NCBI GenBank assembly: GCA_031296105.1
Contig: JARLGJ010000039.1
Coordinates: 52,981-116,980, forward strand
Length of the DNA: 64,000 nt
Origin: Acidobacteriota bacterium
GTDB taxonomy: Bacteria > Acidobacteriota > Terriglobia > Terriglobales > Acidobacteriaceae
Direction of reading: 5' to 3'
The translations under genes were made by a program, and so were the position numbers. Shown one piece after another: positions 38,808 to 48,485 of the stretch (position 1 is the stretch's first letter; each line of letters opens with the position of its first letter). The notes below the pieces were generated by a model that searched no databases, was not told where the DNA came from, and was given only the letters and a program-made list of their open reading frames with translations.

Positions 38808-40604
38808 CTAAAAAGCGTACTTCCCTGCGTCCAGCACGCGGGCAGCAACCTTCTCCCGCGCGGCGATGACATTCACCGGCTCCGCCTTGGTGAGGCGGCG
38901 CAGGATCGTCATCTGCGTGCGCAGCATGTCGCCCTCGGCCACGTCGGCCAGAATCTTTTTGGCCGCCGCTTCCACGCGCGACGTGGCTTCCGAGAAGTAC
39001 ACGTCAGTGATGGCCACGGCCGTGGCCGACGCGGCCTCGCCCTGGCTCTCGATCAGCTTCAAGGTGCGCGCCAGCACCGAGTCCATGGCATAAACCTCGA
39101 TCACGATGTCGGCGATGGCTCCCATCACCTCCTGGTGGTCGGCGATCTGCTGCATGTACTTCTGCGAGGCCGCACCGCTCACCATAAGACCGATCTTCTT
39201 GGCGTTCTCCAAGGCCTTGCGCTGGGTGGCCAGCTTGCGCTCGTCCTCTTCGGCAAAGCTCGGACCAGCCATCACTTCATCCATCAACTTCTTGATAGCC
39301 GGCAGCAGCGGCAACTGCCCGCTCATGGCGCGCTTGAGCAGCCAACCGGTAATGATGAGCCGGTTGATCTCGTTGGTGCCTTCGAAGATGCGGTTGACGC
39401 GCGAGTCGCGGTAGGCGCGCTCCGCCGGATACTCCTCGACAAAGCCGTAGCCGCCGTAAATCTGCACCTGGTTATCGACGACCTTGTCGAACATCTCCGA
39501 GGCCCACACCTTGATGATGGAGCACTCGACGGCGTACTCCTCAATGGCCTTGCGGATCAGCTTCGACTCATCGGGCGAGCCCTTCTCGATGTCGGCGGTG
39601 GCGGCGTCCATCATGCCCACCGTGCGATAGACCAGAGACTCTCCGGCGTAGATGCCGATGGCGATGTCGGCCAGCATCTCGCGCACCATGCCGAAGTCGG
39701 CGATGGGCTTGCCGAAGGCCTTGCGCTCCTTGGCCCACTTGATGGAGTTCGCCAGACACGTGCGCGCTCCGCCCACGGCGGCCGCGCCCAGCTTGAAGCG
39801 GCCCACGTTGAGAATGTTGAAGGCGATGGTGGCGCCCTTGCCGATCTCGCCCAGGACGTTCTCCACCGGCACCTGGCAGTCGTTCAGAATCAAAGGACAC
39901 GTGGACGAGCCGCGGATGCCGAGCTTGTGCTCCTCGGCGCCCACGCTGAAGCCCGGGAAGGTGCGCTCGACGAGGAAGGCGGTGAATTTTTCGCCATCCA
40001 CTTTGGCGAAGATCACGAACAGGTCGGCGAAGCCGGCGTTGGTGATCCACATCTTCTCACCGTTCAGGACGTAGTGCTTGCCGTCCGGGGAGAGCACGGC
40101 CTTGGCGCGGGCGTTCATGGCGTCCGAGCCGGAGCTGCTCTCCGACAGCGCGTAAGCGCCCACCCACTCGCCGCTGGCCAGCAGCGGCAGATACTTCTTC
40201 TTCTGCGCGTCGGTGCCGAACCACACGATGGGCAAGGTGCCAATGCCAACGTGCGCGCTGAAGGTGACGGCGAACGATCCCTGCTTGGCAATGTGATCGG
40301 CGATGATGGCTGACGAGACCTTGTCCATCTCCGCGCCGCCGTACTCTTCCGGAATATCGACACTTGTCAATCCAAGATCGGCGGCCTTCTTCAGCAGCTC
40401 GCGGCTGAAGGCGAAGTCCTTGTGCTCGATGCGGTCTGCGTTGGGAAGAATCTCCTGCTGCGAGAATTCCTCGGCCGTCTGCTCGATCAGTTGGTGCTGC
40501 TCGTTAAAGTCCTCGGGAGTGAACACGTCCCGCGGATTGGTTTCCTCGATCAGGAAGTTGCCGCCCACGATCTTCTTCTGCGGTGCAGTTGCGGTGGTTG
40601 CCAT
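38808..40604 (-). CDS. fadE: long-form acyl-CoA dehydrogenase
   Basis: The preferred start is the ATG at 40604 (MATTATAPQKKIVGG...) after GAGAGGA. ACAD motifs are GAYALSESSSGSDA, KMWITNAGFADLF and IYGGYGFVEEYPAERAYRDSRVNRIFEGTNEI. Confidence 0.85.
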   Translation of the reverse strand: MATTATAPQKKIVGGNFLIEETNPRDVFTPEDFNEQHQLIEQTAEEFSQQEILPNADRIEHKDFAFSRELLKKAADLGLTSVDIPEEYGGAEMDKVSSAIIADHIAKQGSFAVTFSAHVGIGTLPIVWFGTDAQKKKYLPLLASGEWVGAYALSESSSGSDAMNARAKAVLSPDGKHYVLNGEKMWITNAGFADLFVIFAKVDGEKFTAFLVERTFPGFSVGAEEHKLGIRGSSTCPLILNDCQVPVENVLGEIGKGATIAFNILNVGRFKLGAAAVGGARTCLANSIKWAKERKAFGKPIADFGMVREMLADIAIGIYAGESLVYRTVGMMDAATADIEKGSPDESKLIRKAIEEYAVECSIIKVWASEMFDKVVDNQVQIYGGYGFVEEYPAERAYRDSRVNRIFEGTNEINRLIITGWLLKRAMSGQLPLLPAIKKLMDEVMAGPSFAEEDERKLATQRKALENAKKIGLMVSGAASQKYMQQIADHQEVMGAIADIVIEVYAMDSVLARTLKLIESQGEAASATAVAITDVYFSEATSRVEAAAKKILADVAEGDMLRTQMTILRRLTKAEPVNVIAAREKVAARVLDAGKYAF

Positions 40605-40645
40605 ATCTGTTCCTCTCAATGGTTCTCGCCGTTCGCGGCGCAAAG

Positions 40646-41845
40646 TTAGTTGAGGTTCTCGAAGATGCCGGCGGCGCCCATGCCTCCGCCCACGCACATG
40701 CTCACAATGCCGTAGCGCTCGTTGCGGCGCTTGAGTTCGCGCAGCAGCGTGGCCGTCAGTTTGGCTCCGGTGCAACCCAAAGGGTGCCCCAGAGCCACCG
40801 CGCCCCCGTTGGGATTGACCTTCGACGCGTCCAGCCCCAGATCCTTGATGACGGCCAGGGCCTGCGCCGCGAAGGCTTCGTTCAGTTCAATCGCGCCGAT
40901 CTTGTCCAGGGACAATCCAGCCATCTTGAGCACCTTGGGAATGGCGAAGATCGGACCGAGGCCCATCTCCTCCGGCTTGCATCCGGCGGTGGCAAAGGCC
41001 ACGAAGCGCGCCAAAGGCTTCAGTCCAAGCTGATGCGCGCGCTCGGCGCTCATCACCACGGCAGCCGCCGCACCGTCACTCATCTGCGAAGAGTTGCCGG
41101 CCGTCACCGTTCCCTTGGCGTGGAAGGCGGGCTTGAGAGCCGCGAGAGCTTCGAGGGTGGTGTCCATTCGCGGGCCTTCGTCCACCTTGAACTCCACGGT
41201 CTCCACCGACAGCTTCAACGCCGCGGAGCCCTTGGTAGCTACCGGCGCCGTGCGGAAGGTCACTTCAACCGGAACAATCTCGTCCGCGAAGTTGCCGGAG
41301 GCAATGGCCTTCCCTGCCTTCTGATGGCTCTGGTAGCTGAACTCGTCCATCTGCTGACGGGTGATGCCATAGCGCTGTGCTACGCGTTCGGCGGTGAGCC
41401 CCATGGAGAGATATGCGTCGGGATAGCTCTGCACCAGGTAAGGATTGCAGCTTATCTTGTGCCCGCCCATGGGAATCATCGTCATGGACTCGGTGCCGCC
41501 GGCGACGATCACCTCCGCGCCGCCCATGGCAATGCGATCCGCCGCCATGGCAATGGATTGCAGTCCCGACGAACAGAAGCGGTTGATGGTCATTGCCGAA
41601 CATTCCACGGGAAGGCCCGCGCGCAGGGAGGCGATGCGGGCCACATTCATGCCCTGCTCGGCCTCCGGCATGGCACAGCCCAGGATGACGTCTTCGATTT
41701 CGCCTGCCTCCACTTGCGGCACGCGGTCCAAGGCGCCGCGAATGGCCGCCGCGGCCAGATCGTCCGGCCGAGTCGAGCGCAGGGTTCCTTTGTTGGCCTT
41801 GCCGACCGCGGTGCGGACGGCGCTTACGATGACAACTTCTCGCAT
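40646..41845 (-). CDS. fadA: acetyl-CoA C-acyltransferase (thiolase)
   Basis: 399 aa. The active-site Cys is in [11 protein letters not shown], and the C-terminal motifs are GHPLGCTGA and MCVGGGMG. Confidence 0.9.
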   Translation of the reverse strand: MREVVIVSAVRTAVGKANKGTLRSTRPDDLAAAAIRGALDRVPQVEAGEIEDVILGCAMPEAEQGMNVARIASLRAGLPVECSAMTINRFCSSGLQSIAMAADRIAMGGAEVIVAGGTESMTMIPMGGHKISCNPYLVQSYPDAYLSMGLTAERVAQRYGITRQQMDEFSYQSHQKAGKAIASGNFADEIVPVEVTFRTAPVATKGSAALKLSVETVEFKVDEGPRMDTTLEALAALKPAFHAKGTVTAGNSSQMSDGAAAAVVMSAERAHQLGLKPLARFVAFATAGCKPEEMGLGPIFAIPKVLKMAGLSLDKIGAIELNEAFAAQALAVIKDLGLDASKVNPNGGAVALGHPLGCTGAKLTATLLRELKRRNERYGIVSMCVGGGMGAAGIFENLN

Positions 41846-41866
41846 GATTCGCTCCTCGGTCGAAGG

Positions 41867-44326
41867 TTAGTTGCGCAACGGCTTGCCGGTCTTCAGCGTG
41901 AACTGGATGCGTTCCTGCGTCTTGCGCTCGCCGCACAGGCTCTTGAAGGCCTCGCGCTCGAGATCGAGCAGGTACTGCTCACTGACCGGCGTGCCCGGTG
42001 TAACGGCGCCACCGCAGAGCACCTCGGCAACCTTGGAGGCGATCTTCACCTCGTGGTCGCTGATGAACTCGCCCTGACGCATCAGATGCACACCCAGCTT
42101 CAGCGTCGCCAGAATATTCTCGCCCGGCGCGGGCAGGTCGGTGCGCGGAACAGGTGCGCGGTAACCGCCACGAACCATCTCCAGCGCGCGTGCCTTGGCG
42201 TCGCTCAGCACGCGTTCGCGATTCATGCTGATGACGTCGCCGCGGCCCAGGAAGCCGAGTCCGCGCGCCTCAAAGGCCGAGGTGGAAACCTTGGCCAGGG
42301 CAATAGTCTCGAAGGCCTTCTTCATGGCCTCCATCAGCTCCACGGTTTCGCCGCGTCCGTCGGGACGGATGGACTGTGCGGCGTCGATGGCACGCAAGGT
42401 CATCTCCTTGCAGCCGCCGCCGCCGGGCAACAGTCCCACGCCAACCTCGACCAAGCCCATGTATAACTCGGCATGTGGCTGGCGCGCTGCGGCGTGCAGA
42501 GAGACTTCACAGCCGCCGCCCAGGGCCATGCCGAATGGAGCGGCCACCACCGGCTTGGGCGAAAACTTGATAAGCTGCGTCGCGTTCTGGAATTGGCGGA
42601 CCATCAGGTCCACGTCATCCCACTCCTCGTCCTGCACCGCCATCAGCAGCAGCATGATGTTGGCGCCGACCGAGAAATTCGCCGCGTCATTGTGAACGAC
42701 AAAGGCGTCGAAGCTTTCGCCCACGCCGCCCGGCTTGAGAACCTGCTGGATGAGCTGGATGATGTCCGCACCCAGTGAGTTCATCTTGGAATGGAACTCG
42801 ATGCAGCCCACGCCGTCGCCGAGATCGACCAGCGACGCGCCGGAGTTCGACTTCACCACCCCGTTCGACTTGCGAGCGGTCTTCACGCTCCACACGCCGC
42901 GCGCCACCTGCTCATCGCGCAACGCGCTGGAGGCCAGGTCAAAGTACGCGCGCCCGCTGGAGGCCTTGGGAGCATCGGCGTACCAGCTATTGCCGCCCGC
43001 GGCGAGCAGTTTTTCCACGTTCGCCGCCACCGGCTTGCCTTCGCGCTTCATGCGCTCCACGCTTTCGGCCACGCCGACGGCGTCCCACAGCTCGAACGGT
43101 CCCATCTCCCAGTTGAAGCCCATGCGCATGGCGCGGTCGATTTCGACCACGTTGTCGCTGATCTCCGGGATGCGGTTGGCCGAGTAAGTGAAGACCTCGC
43201 TGAGTGCGGTCCACAGGAACTCGCCAGCCTTGTCGATTTTCTGATCGCCGAAGCCGGTCAGCATACGAACGCGCTCGCCAAGGGATTCGACGGTCTTGGC
43301 CATCTCGAGGGCCGGAAACTTGGGCCGGTTCGCGAGACGGTATTCGAGCGTCTTCCAATCGAATGCATAGCGCTTCTCGCCCTCGGGCGTGCGCTCTTTC
43401 TTATAGAAGCCGGCGCGAGTCTTATCGCCAAGCAGTTTGCGCTCTACCATCTGGTCGTAGAACGGAGGCAGATCCAGATCGCCGCGCTCGTCCAGCATCG
43501 CCGCGCCGCCCTCGGCTCCGGCCAGAACGGGCGCCATGCGCTTGGCATTGCGTACCACGTGGCCGAGAACGTCGAGCCCCACCATGTCGATGGTGCGGAA
43601 GGTGGCCGACTTGGGGAAGCCGATGGCCGAACCGGTCAGGGCGTCCACGTCTTCGATGGAGAAGTCGAACTGCTGCATCAGGCGGACGATGTTGACCACG
43701 CTGAAGCAACCAATGCGGTTGGCGATGAAGTTTGGCGTGTCCTTGGCATAGACGATGCCCTTGCCCAGACGCACCGAGCATAAGTCCGCCACGGCCTCCA
43801 TGGCCAACGGGTCAGCCTCGGGGGTGGGAATGATCTCCAACAGACGCATGTAGCGCGGCGGATTGAAGAAGTGCGTGCCAAACCAGTTGCGGCGGAAGTC
43901 CGGGCTGAAGCCCTCGGCAATGGAGGCCACGGGCAGGCCGCTGGTATTGGTGGTCACAATCGAGCCGGACTTGCGCACGGCTTCCACCTTGCGCAGAAGG
44001 GCCCGCTTTAGATCCAGGTTCTCCACCACCGCCTCGATGATCCAGTCGCACTCGCCCAGCAGCGAGAGATGGTCTTCAAAGTTTCCGGTGGTCACCAGGC
44101 GGGAGAGGCCGGCTTCCATAAAGGCCGCCGGTTTAGACTTGCGGGCCGACTCCAGTCCGAAGTCGGCAATCTTGTTCCGCTCGGCGAGTTTGGCATCGGG
44201 AGCCAGGCCGGGAGGAACGATGTCAAGCAGGTAAGAACGCACCCCGGCATTGGCCAGGTGCGCAGCGATGCGGGAACCCATCGTTCCCGCGCCGAGGACG
44301 GCGACTTTCTCGATTCGTTTCAGCAT
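41867..44326 (-). CDS. fadN: bifunctional 3-hydroxyacyl-CoA dehydrogenase (N-terminal) / enoyl-CoA hydratase (C-terminal)
   Basis: 819 aa. The N-terminal Rossmann motif is VAVLGAGTMGSRIAAH. The C-terminal crotonase fold includes PVVAAPFGMALGGGCEVSLH. The domain order and the fadN-fadA-fadE gene order match the Bacillus yusLKJ arrangement, so the symbol is assigned by analogy. Confidence 0.8.
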   Translation of the reverse strand: MLKRIEKVAVLGAGTMGSRIAAHLANAGVRSYLLDIVPPGLAPDAKLAERNKIADFGLESARKSKPAAFMEAGLSRLVTTGNFEDHLSLLGECDWIIEAVVENLDLKRALLRKVEAVRKSGSIVTTNTSGLPVASIAEGFSPDFRRNWFGTHFFNPPRYMRLLEIIPTPEADPLAMEAVADLCSVRLGKGIVYAKDTPNFIANRIGCFSVVNIVRLMQQFDFSIEDVDALTGSAIGFPKSATFRTIDMVGLDVLGHVVRNAKRMAPVLAGAEGGAAMLDERGDLDLPPFYDQMVERKLLGDKTRAGFYKKERTPEGEKRYAFDWKTLEYRLANRPKFPALEMAKTVESLGERVRMLTGFGDQKIDKAGEFLWTALSEVFTYSANRIPEISDNVVEIDRAMRMGFNWEMGPFELWDAVGVAESVERMKREGKPVAANVEKLLAAGGNSWYADAPKASSGRAYFDLASSALRDEQVARGVWSVKTARKSNGVVKSNSGASLVDLGDGVGCIEFHSKMNSLGADIIQLIQQVLKPGGVGESFDAFVVHNDAANFSVGANIMLLLMAVQDEEWDDVDLMVRQFQNATQLIKFSPKPVVAAPFGMALGGGCEVSLHAAARQPHAELYMGLVEVGVGLLPGGGGCKEMTLRAIDAAQSIRPDGRGETVELMEAMKKAFETIALAKVSTSAFEARGLGFLGRGDVISMNRERVLSDAKARALEMVRGGYRAPVPRTDLPAPGENILATLKLGVHLMRQGEFISDHEVKIASKVAEVLCGGAVTPGTPVSEQYLLDLEREAFKSLCGERKTQERIQFTLKTGKPLRN

Positions 44327-44639
44327 GAGTGAAGCGCTCCGAACACAGCACAGCTCTCAGATGACACCTGGCCGCACGGGGATTCCCCGCACGCAGACGC
44401 ACAACGTCATTAGCCCCTAAACAGCCAGAGACACTAAGAGTTCGGATAACTGAAATGGGAGAAGAGTCGAGCTATGGCAAGAACAGGATCAATTCGATTC
44501 GTCATGGCACCGCCTTGCGCTACCACTTGCAACTGCTGAATCTAAATAAAAAAGATGACCCTAAAATAGAGGCGGCGCGCGTCGAGAATGTGGGGTGAGG
44601 ATGGCAACGACGCGCGCCTTATTAAGTTGAACTAAGACT

Positions 44640-44661
44640 ACTGAATGAGGTGTCATTCAGT
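44640..44661. promoter_or_regulatory. perfect 9-4-9 inverted repeat ACTGAATGA-ggtg-TCATTCAGT, candidate TetR-type FadR operator
   Basis: It lies in the AT-rich intergenic region upstream of fadN. On the minus strand it sits between TTGACT (44664-44659) and TAGTCT (44640-44635), which are spaced 18 nt apart and could be -35 and -10 elements. Confidence 0.45.
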
Positions 44662-44684
44662 CAAGCACTTCCCTCGATAAAAAA

Positions 44685-44712
44685 TTGAGAAATTAAGTGT
44701 TTAATTTTTCAA
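44685..44712 (-). terminator. possible AT-rich terminator hairpin after the NUDIX gene
   Basis: The minus strand reads TTGAAAAATTAA-acac-TTAATTTCTCAA followed by TTTTTTA. The stem is almost all A-T, so it would be weak. Confidence 0.35.
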
Positions 44713-44830
44713 CTGCTTACCGTGAAATTTCCTGACTTTTCCAGAAAATCCGTGACCAGATCACAAATTTGGGTGACTCAGCGCAGGTGGTCCGGTGATG
44801 CGGTCGCATCCCTCTGCATGACGTGGCTTT

Positions 44831-45616
44831 CTAGGCTTGCTCTGGGCGGTTCGGGGCCTGGGGGCTCTGCCCTGAATTGCCCGCACCGGGACGGCGGCCA
44901 CCGCGGCGACGGCGGCGTCGATTGCGCGATGGCTGGGGCGGCCGCTGCAAGCTGGGTGCCGGAGACATTGTCGGCCGCTGCTGCGCCACCGGACGCGGCG
45001 CGGCTACGTCCTCCACCCTGTGCGACGGCGGCGTCAGGCGCTCGGGATGCTCGCGGACGATCTTCTGTGCCAGACGTAGCACCTCGCGCTCGCCCCGGTA
45101 GGTGAGCTTGCGGTGCGCCTTGTCCAGCGGGAACCAGAAGGCCCGCCGCACCTCGTCCCGCATGTCCGGACGGATTTGCCCCAGCCGTCCCGAGCCATAC
45201 AGAAACATATAGAAGCACACCGACTTGGAGACCTGCTCGCGTCCGCCCCAGGAGCGCACATAGACGTAGCGGATCGTGGTCAACCGGAAAAGCCTTTGCC
45301 CGCGTATGCCGGTCTCTTCCCAAACCTCGCGGTCGGCGCCCTGCTCGGGCGTCTCTCCGGGATCGACGCCGCCCTTGGGCAGGGCAAAGACCGTTCCCTG
45401 CGGACGGGCCTTTACCCGGCGCGTCACGGTGTCGGCATTGATGATGTTGGGTTCGATGATGGCAACTTGCCAGGTTCCCCGCATATGGCGCAGCACCACC
45501 CCGCCCGCCGAGGTCTCATAGACCAGCTTGCGCGGCGTGGTAGCAGGCTCGGGCGCGGCAGGCTCGAGCTTGTGCACCTTCTTTCTTGCGGACGGCAAAT
45601 CGGACACGCTAGGCAA
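44831..45616 (-). CDS. NUDIX hydrolase with an Arg/Pro-rich low-complexity C-terminal tail
   Basis: The NUDIX box is GGVDPGETPEQGADREVWEETGI. The C-terminal tail is ...QPSRNRRRRRRGGRRPGAGNSGQ. Confidence 0.8.
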   Translation of the reverse strand: MPSVSDLPSARKKVHKLEPAAPEPATTPRKLVYETSAGGVVLRHMRGTWQVAIIEPNIINADTVTRRVKARPQGTVFALPKGGVDPGETPEQGADREVWEETGIRGQRLFRLTTIRYVYVRSWGGREQVSKSVCFYMFLYGSGRLGQIRPDMRDEVRRAFWFPLDKAHRKLTYRGEREVLRLAQKIVREHPERLTPPSHRVEDVAAPRPVAQQRPTMSPAPSLQRPPQPSRNRRRRRRGGRRPGAGNSGQSPQAPNRPEQA

Positions 45617-45743
45617 ACCTTAGACGCGAGAATAGTTCATGTTCGCAGACATTGAGCCAACGGGCAAGCCGCCGCTGATACCGGCAAGTCCGCCCGCCGC
45701 TCCCTGGCACTCCACCCGGCCGGGGCAAGCTGTGGATTCCCGG

Positions 45744-46775
45744 CTACTTCACCAGCTCCAGAGAGGCCGGAAGTTCCACCTCGCGCAGGAACCTGGCACT
45801 CTCCTCCGGCGGCGTGGGATTGATGTAAAAGCCCGTCCCCCATTCAAAGCCGGCCGTATTGGTCAGCTTGGGGATGAACTCGATATGCCAGTGATAGTAC
45901 TCCAGAGCGCCCTCCTGCACCGGCGCCGTGTGCAGCGCCAGGTTGTAGGCCGGACCCTCCAGCGCCACCTCACACTTCAGCAGCAGCCGCTTCAGGGCCG
46001 ACGCCAGGTTGATCATCTGGTGCGACGACAGGTTCTCGAACGCCGACTCGTGACGCTTGGGAAAGATCCAGGTCTCAAACGGGAAGCGCGGCGCGAAGGG
46101 CGCAAAGCACAGGAAGTCGTCGTTCTCCAGCACCACCCGCACCGGCGTCTCCTGCTCCTGCCGCAGAATGTCGCAAAAGATGCAGCGCTCCTTGATGGTG
46201 AAGTATTGCTTGGCGCCGTCCAGTTCCTCGCTCACGTGCTTGGGCACAATGGGCAAGGCAATCAGTTGCGCGTGTGGGTGCTCCATGGTAGCTCCGGCCG
46301 CCTCGCCATGGTTCTTGAAGATCATGATGTACTTGAAGCGGCGGTCCTGTTTGAGATCGACCATGCGGTCTCGCCAGGCCCACAGCACGCTCTCAATGTT
46401 CTTTTGCGGCAGCAGCGCCAGGTGCGAGTTGTGATCGGGCGTTTCCACGATGACCTCGTGCGCGCCCAGGCCATTCATCTTGTCGAACATGCCCTCGGCC
46501 TGGCGGTTCAGAGTGCCCTCAATCCCCAGGGCGGGAAACTTGTTGGGCACCACCCGCACCGTCCAGCCCGGTCCGTTCTTCTGCCCGCTGCCATTGGCGC
46601 TCGGGCGATAGGCCAGCACCTCCGAGGGCGTTTTCTCCTCGTTGCCGGGACACAAGGGGCAGAAGCCGCCCTTCTGCGTCACCTTGCTGCGCAAAAAGTC
46701 CGTGGGACGCTTCGCCCGGTCGGTTGAAATAATCACCCAGCGGCCAACGATCGGATCTTTTCTAAGTTCAGGCAC
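45744..46775 (-). CDS. GalT-type hexose-1-phosphate nucleotidyltransferase (HIT superfamily)
   Basis: 343 aa. The zinc motif is CPLCPGNE, and the HIT-like active site is HPHAQLIALP. Confidence 0.8.
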   Translation of the reverse strand: MPELRKDPIVGRWVIISTDRAKRPTDFLRSKVTQKGGFCPLCPGNEEKTPSEVLAYRPSANGSGQKNGPGWTVRVVPNKFPALGIEGTLNRQAEGMFDKMNGLGAHEVIVETPDHNSHLALLPQKNIESVLWAWRDRMVDLKQDRRFKYIMIFKNHGEAAGATMEHPHAQLIALPIVPKHVSEELDGAKQYFTIKERCIFCDILRQEQETPVRVVLENDDFLCFAPFAPRFPFETWIFPKRHESAFENLSSHQMINLASALKRLLLKCEVALEGPAYNLALHTAPVQEGALEYYHWHIEFIPKLTNTAGFEWGTGFYINPTPPEESARFLREVELPASLELVK

Positions 46776-46802
46776 GGTCCCCTCCCCGGCGTCCTTTCTT
46801 TC

Positions 46803-47273
46803 CTAACTGGGACGCTTCGCCCTCATACTACGCCTGCTGAAGGCGTTCTTGAAAAGTTCGATATGCGGTTCTTTTTCCGGTGCCAAATAAACGCTGACGA
46901 CATCGAAACGGTACTGCGGGCGCGAGCGCAATTGGTTCATAAAGAAAGATGCCATGGTCAACAATTCGGTTTTCTTCTGCCGGTCCACGGCGGCCTCGGC
47001 CCGCGCCATCGGGCGGCCGTGGCGCGTCTTCACCTCGATGAAGCAAAGCATCTCGCCGTCCCAGCCCACCAGGTCGATCTCGCCGCGGCAGCCCTGGCAG
47101 CGCCAGTTGCGCGCCACCATCACGTAGCCCTGCCGGCGCAGGTGCTCGTGGGCCAGCGCCTCGCCGTGGCGGCCGGTCAACAAGTGCGCGGGCGCAGCTC
47201 GCTTGGAAACAAAGATTCCCCGCAGGCGCAACAGCGCGTCCCGCAGCTTCCCGGAAACGTACCCGCCGGACAT
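46803..47273 (-). CDS. yraN: YraN-family (UPF0102) endonuclease-like protein
   Basis: GEALAHEHLRRQGYVMVARNWRCQGCRGEIDLVGWDGEMLCFIEVKTR. The preferred start at 47273 avoids running into the divergent gene. Confidence 0.75.
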   Translation of the reverse strand: MSGGYVSGKLRDALLRLRGIFVSKRAAPAHLLTGRHGEALAHEHLRRQGYVMVARNWRCQGCRGEIDLVGWDGEMLCFIEVKTRHGRPMARAEAAVDRQKKTELLTMASFFMNQLRSRPQYRFDVVSVYLAPEKEPHIELFKNAFSRRSMRAKRPS

Positions 47274-47389
47274 GGCCCCAGAGTTTACTCCAGGGCCGGG
47301 TAGCCTGCACAGGCTTTGCGGCAGTTTCCGCAAATCATGATTTACACTGATCGGCGGAGTATTCCATTCGTTGACGCAGGAGATCTGCA

Positions 47390-48139
47390 TTGAAGAAGCT
47401 GGTGGTCTTTGACCTGGACGGCACCCTGGCGGAGAGCAAATCCGCCCTCGACCCTGAAATGGCGCAACTGCTCTCCGGGCTGCTCAAGGTGGCTAAAGTG
47501 GCCGTCATCTCCGGCGGAGACTGGCCGCAGTTTGAAAAGCAACTGGTGAACAACCTGCCTGCGGGCCAGAAGATGGACAACCTGCTCCTGCTGCCCACCT
47601 GCGGCACCAAGTTCTTCCAGTTCGAGGGCGGTTGGAAGAAGCTCTACAGCGAAGACTTTACCGCCGAAGAGAAAGCCAGGATCATCACGTCCATGGACCG
47701 CGCGCTGACCGAGGCTGGCTTTAAGCCCGCGCAGACCTGGGGAGAAATCGTGGAGGACCGCGGCAGCCAGGTGACGTTCTCCGCCCTGGGACAGCAGGCG
47801 CCGCTCATCGAAAAGGAAAAGTGGGACCCGGATTTTGCGAAGCGCACGGCGATCAAGGCCATCCTCGACCGCTACATTCCCGAGTTCAGCGTGCGCATGG
47901 GCGGCACCACGTCCATCGACATCACCAAGCCCGGCATCGACAAGGCCTACGGCATCCGCAAGCTGCGCGACATTGTGGGCATTCCCGTTGCCGACATGCT
48001 CTTTATGGGCGATGCCATCTTCCCCGGCGGCAACGACTATCCCGCCAAGGAAGCCGGCTGCGACTGCATCTGCGTGCGCGACGTGCACGAGACCAAGCGC
48101 GCCATTGAGGCCGTGATCTTCTGCCTGGGCAGCCTGTAA
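47390..48139 (+). CDS. HAD-IIB family hydrolase (phosphomannomutase/Cof-like)
   Basis: TTG start after GGAG. HAD motif I is VVFDLDGTLAE, and the C-terminal motif is MGDAIFPGGNDYP. Confidence 0.75.
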   Translation: MKKLVVFDLDGTLAESKSALDPEMAQLLSGLLKVAKVAVISGGDWPQFEKQLVNNLPAGQKMDNLLLLPTCGTKFFQFEGGWKKLYSEDFTAEEKARIITSMDRALTEAGFKPAQTWGEIVEDRGSQVTFSALGQQAPLIEKEKWDPDFAKRTAIKAILDRYIPEFSVRMGGTTSIDITKPGIDKAYGIRKLRDIVGIPVADMLFMGDAIFPGGNDYPAKEAGCDCICVRDVHETKRAIEAVIFCLGSL

Positions 48140-48244
48140 GCAGGGCTGTCTGGACGAGGCAGCTTTCTTGGAAAAACTCCAATCGACTGCTTTTGTGTCA
48201 AGACTTGGTTTTACTGGCTGCTGAAAAAACTCGGAACAAAAGAT

Positions 48245-48447
48245 TGTTTGTCAGGGCATGGCTTCAGCCATGCCACTAGACTGTTGAACATGTCTTGCGG
48301 CTTTAGCCGCTGAGGCGCGTTCCGGAAGAACAATCGACTTTTCCGCCGTCTGTCCGGTCTCCGGGGAAAGTGCTCCCTCCGGGGCTGAAGCCCGGAAGCA
48401 TTGCGCCAACGTAGCGGCGCAACTGAAGTTGCGCCCTAACAAAAAAG
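48245..48447 (-). repeat. four-hairpin intergenic module, copy 2 (inverted orientation)
   Basis: The reverse complement reads GGCGCAAC-ttca-GTTGCGCC ... CCGGGC-ttca-GCCCCGG ... GCGGC-taaa-GCCGC ... GGCATGGC-tgaa-GCCATGCC-CTGACAAACAA. Confidence 0.85.
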
Positions 48448-48485
48448 CTTCCACTTAGGCTTTTCCGCAACCCGCCCAGATTTTT

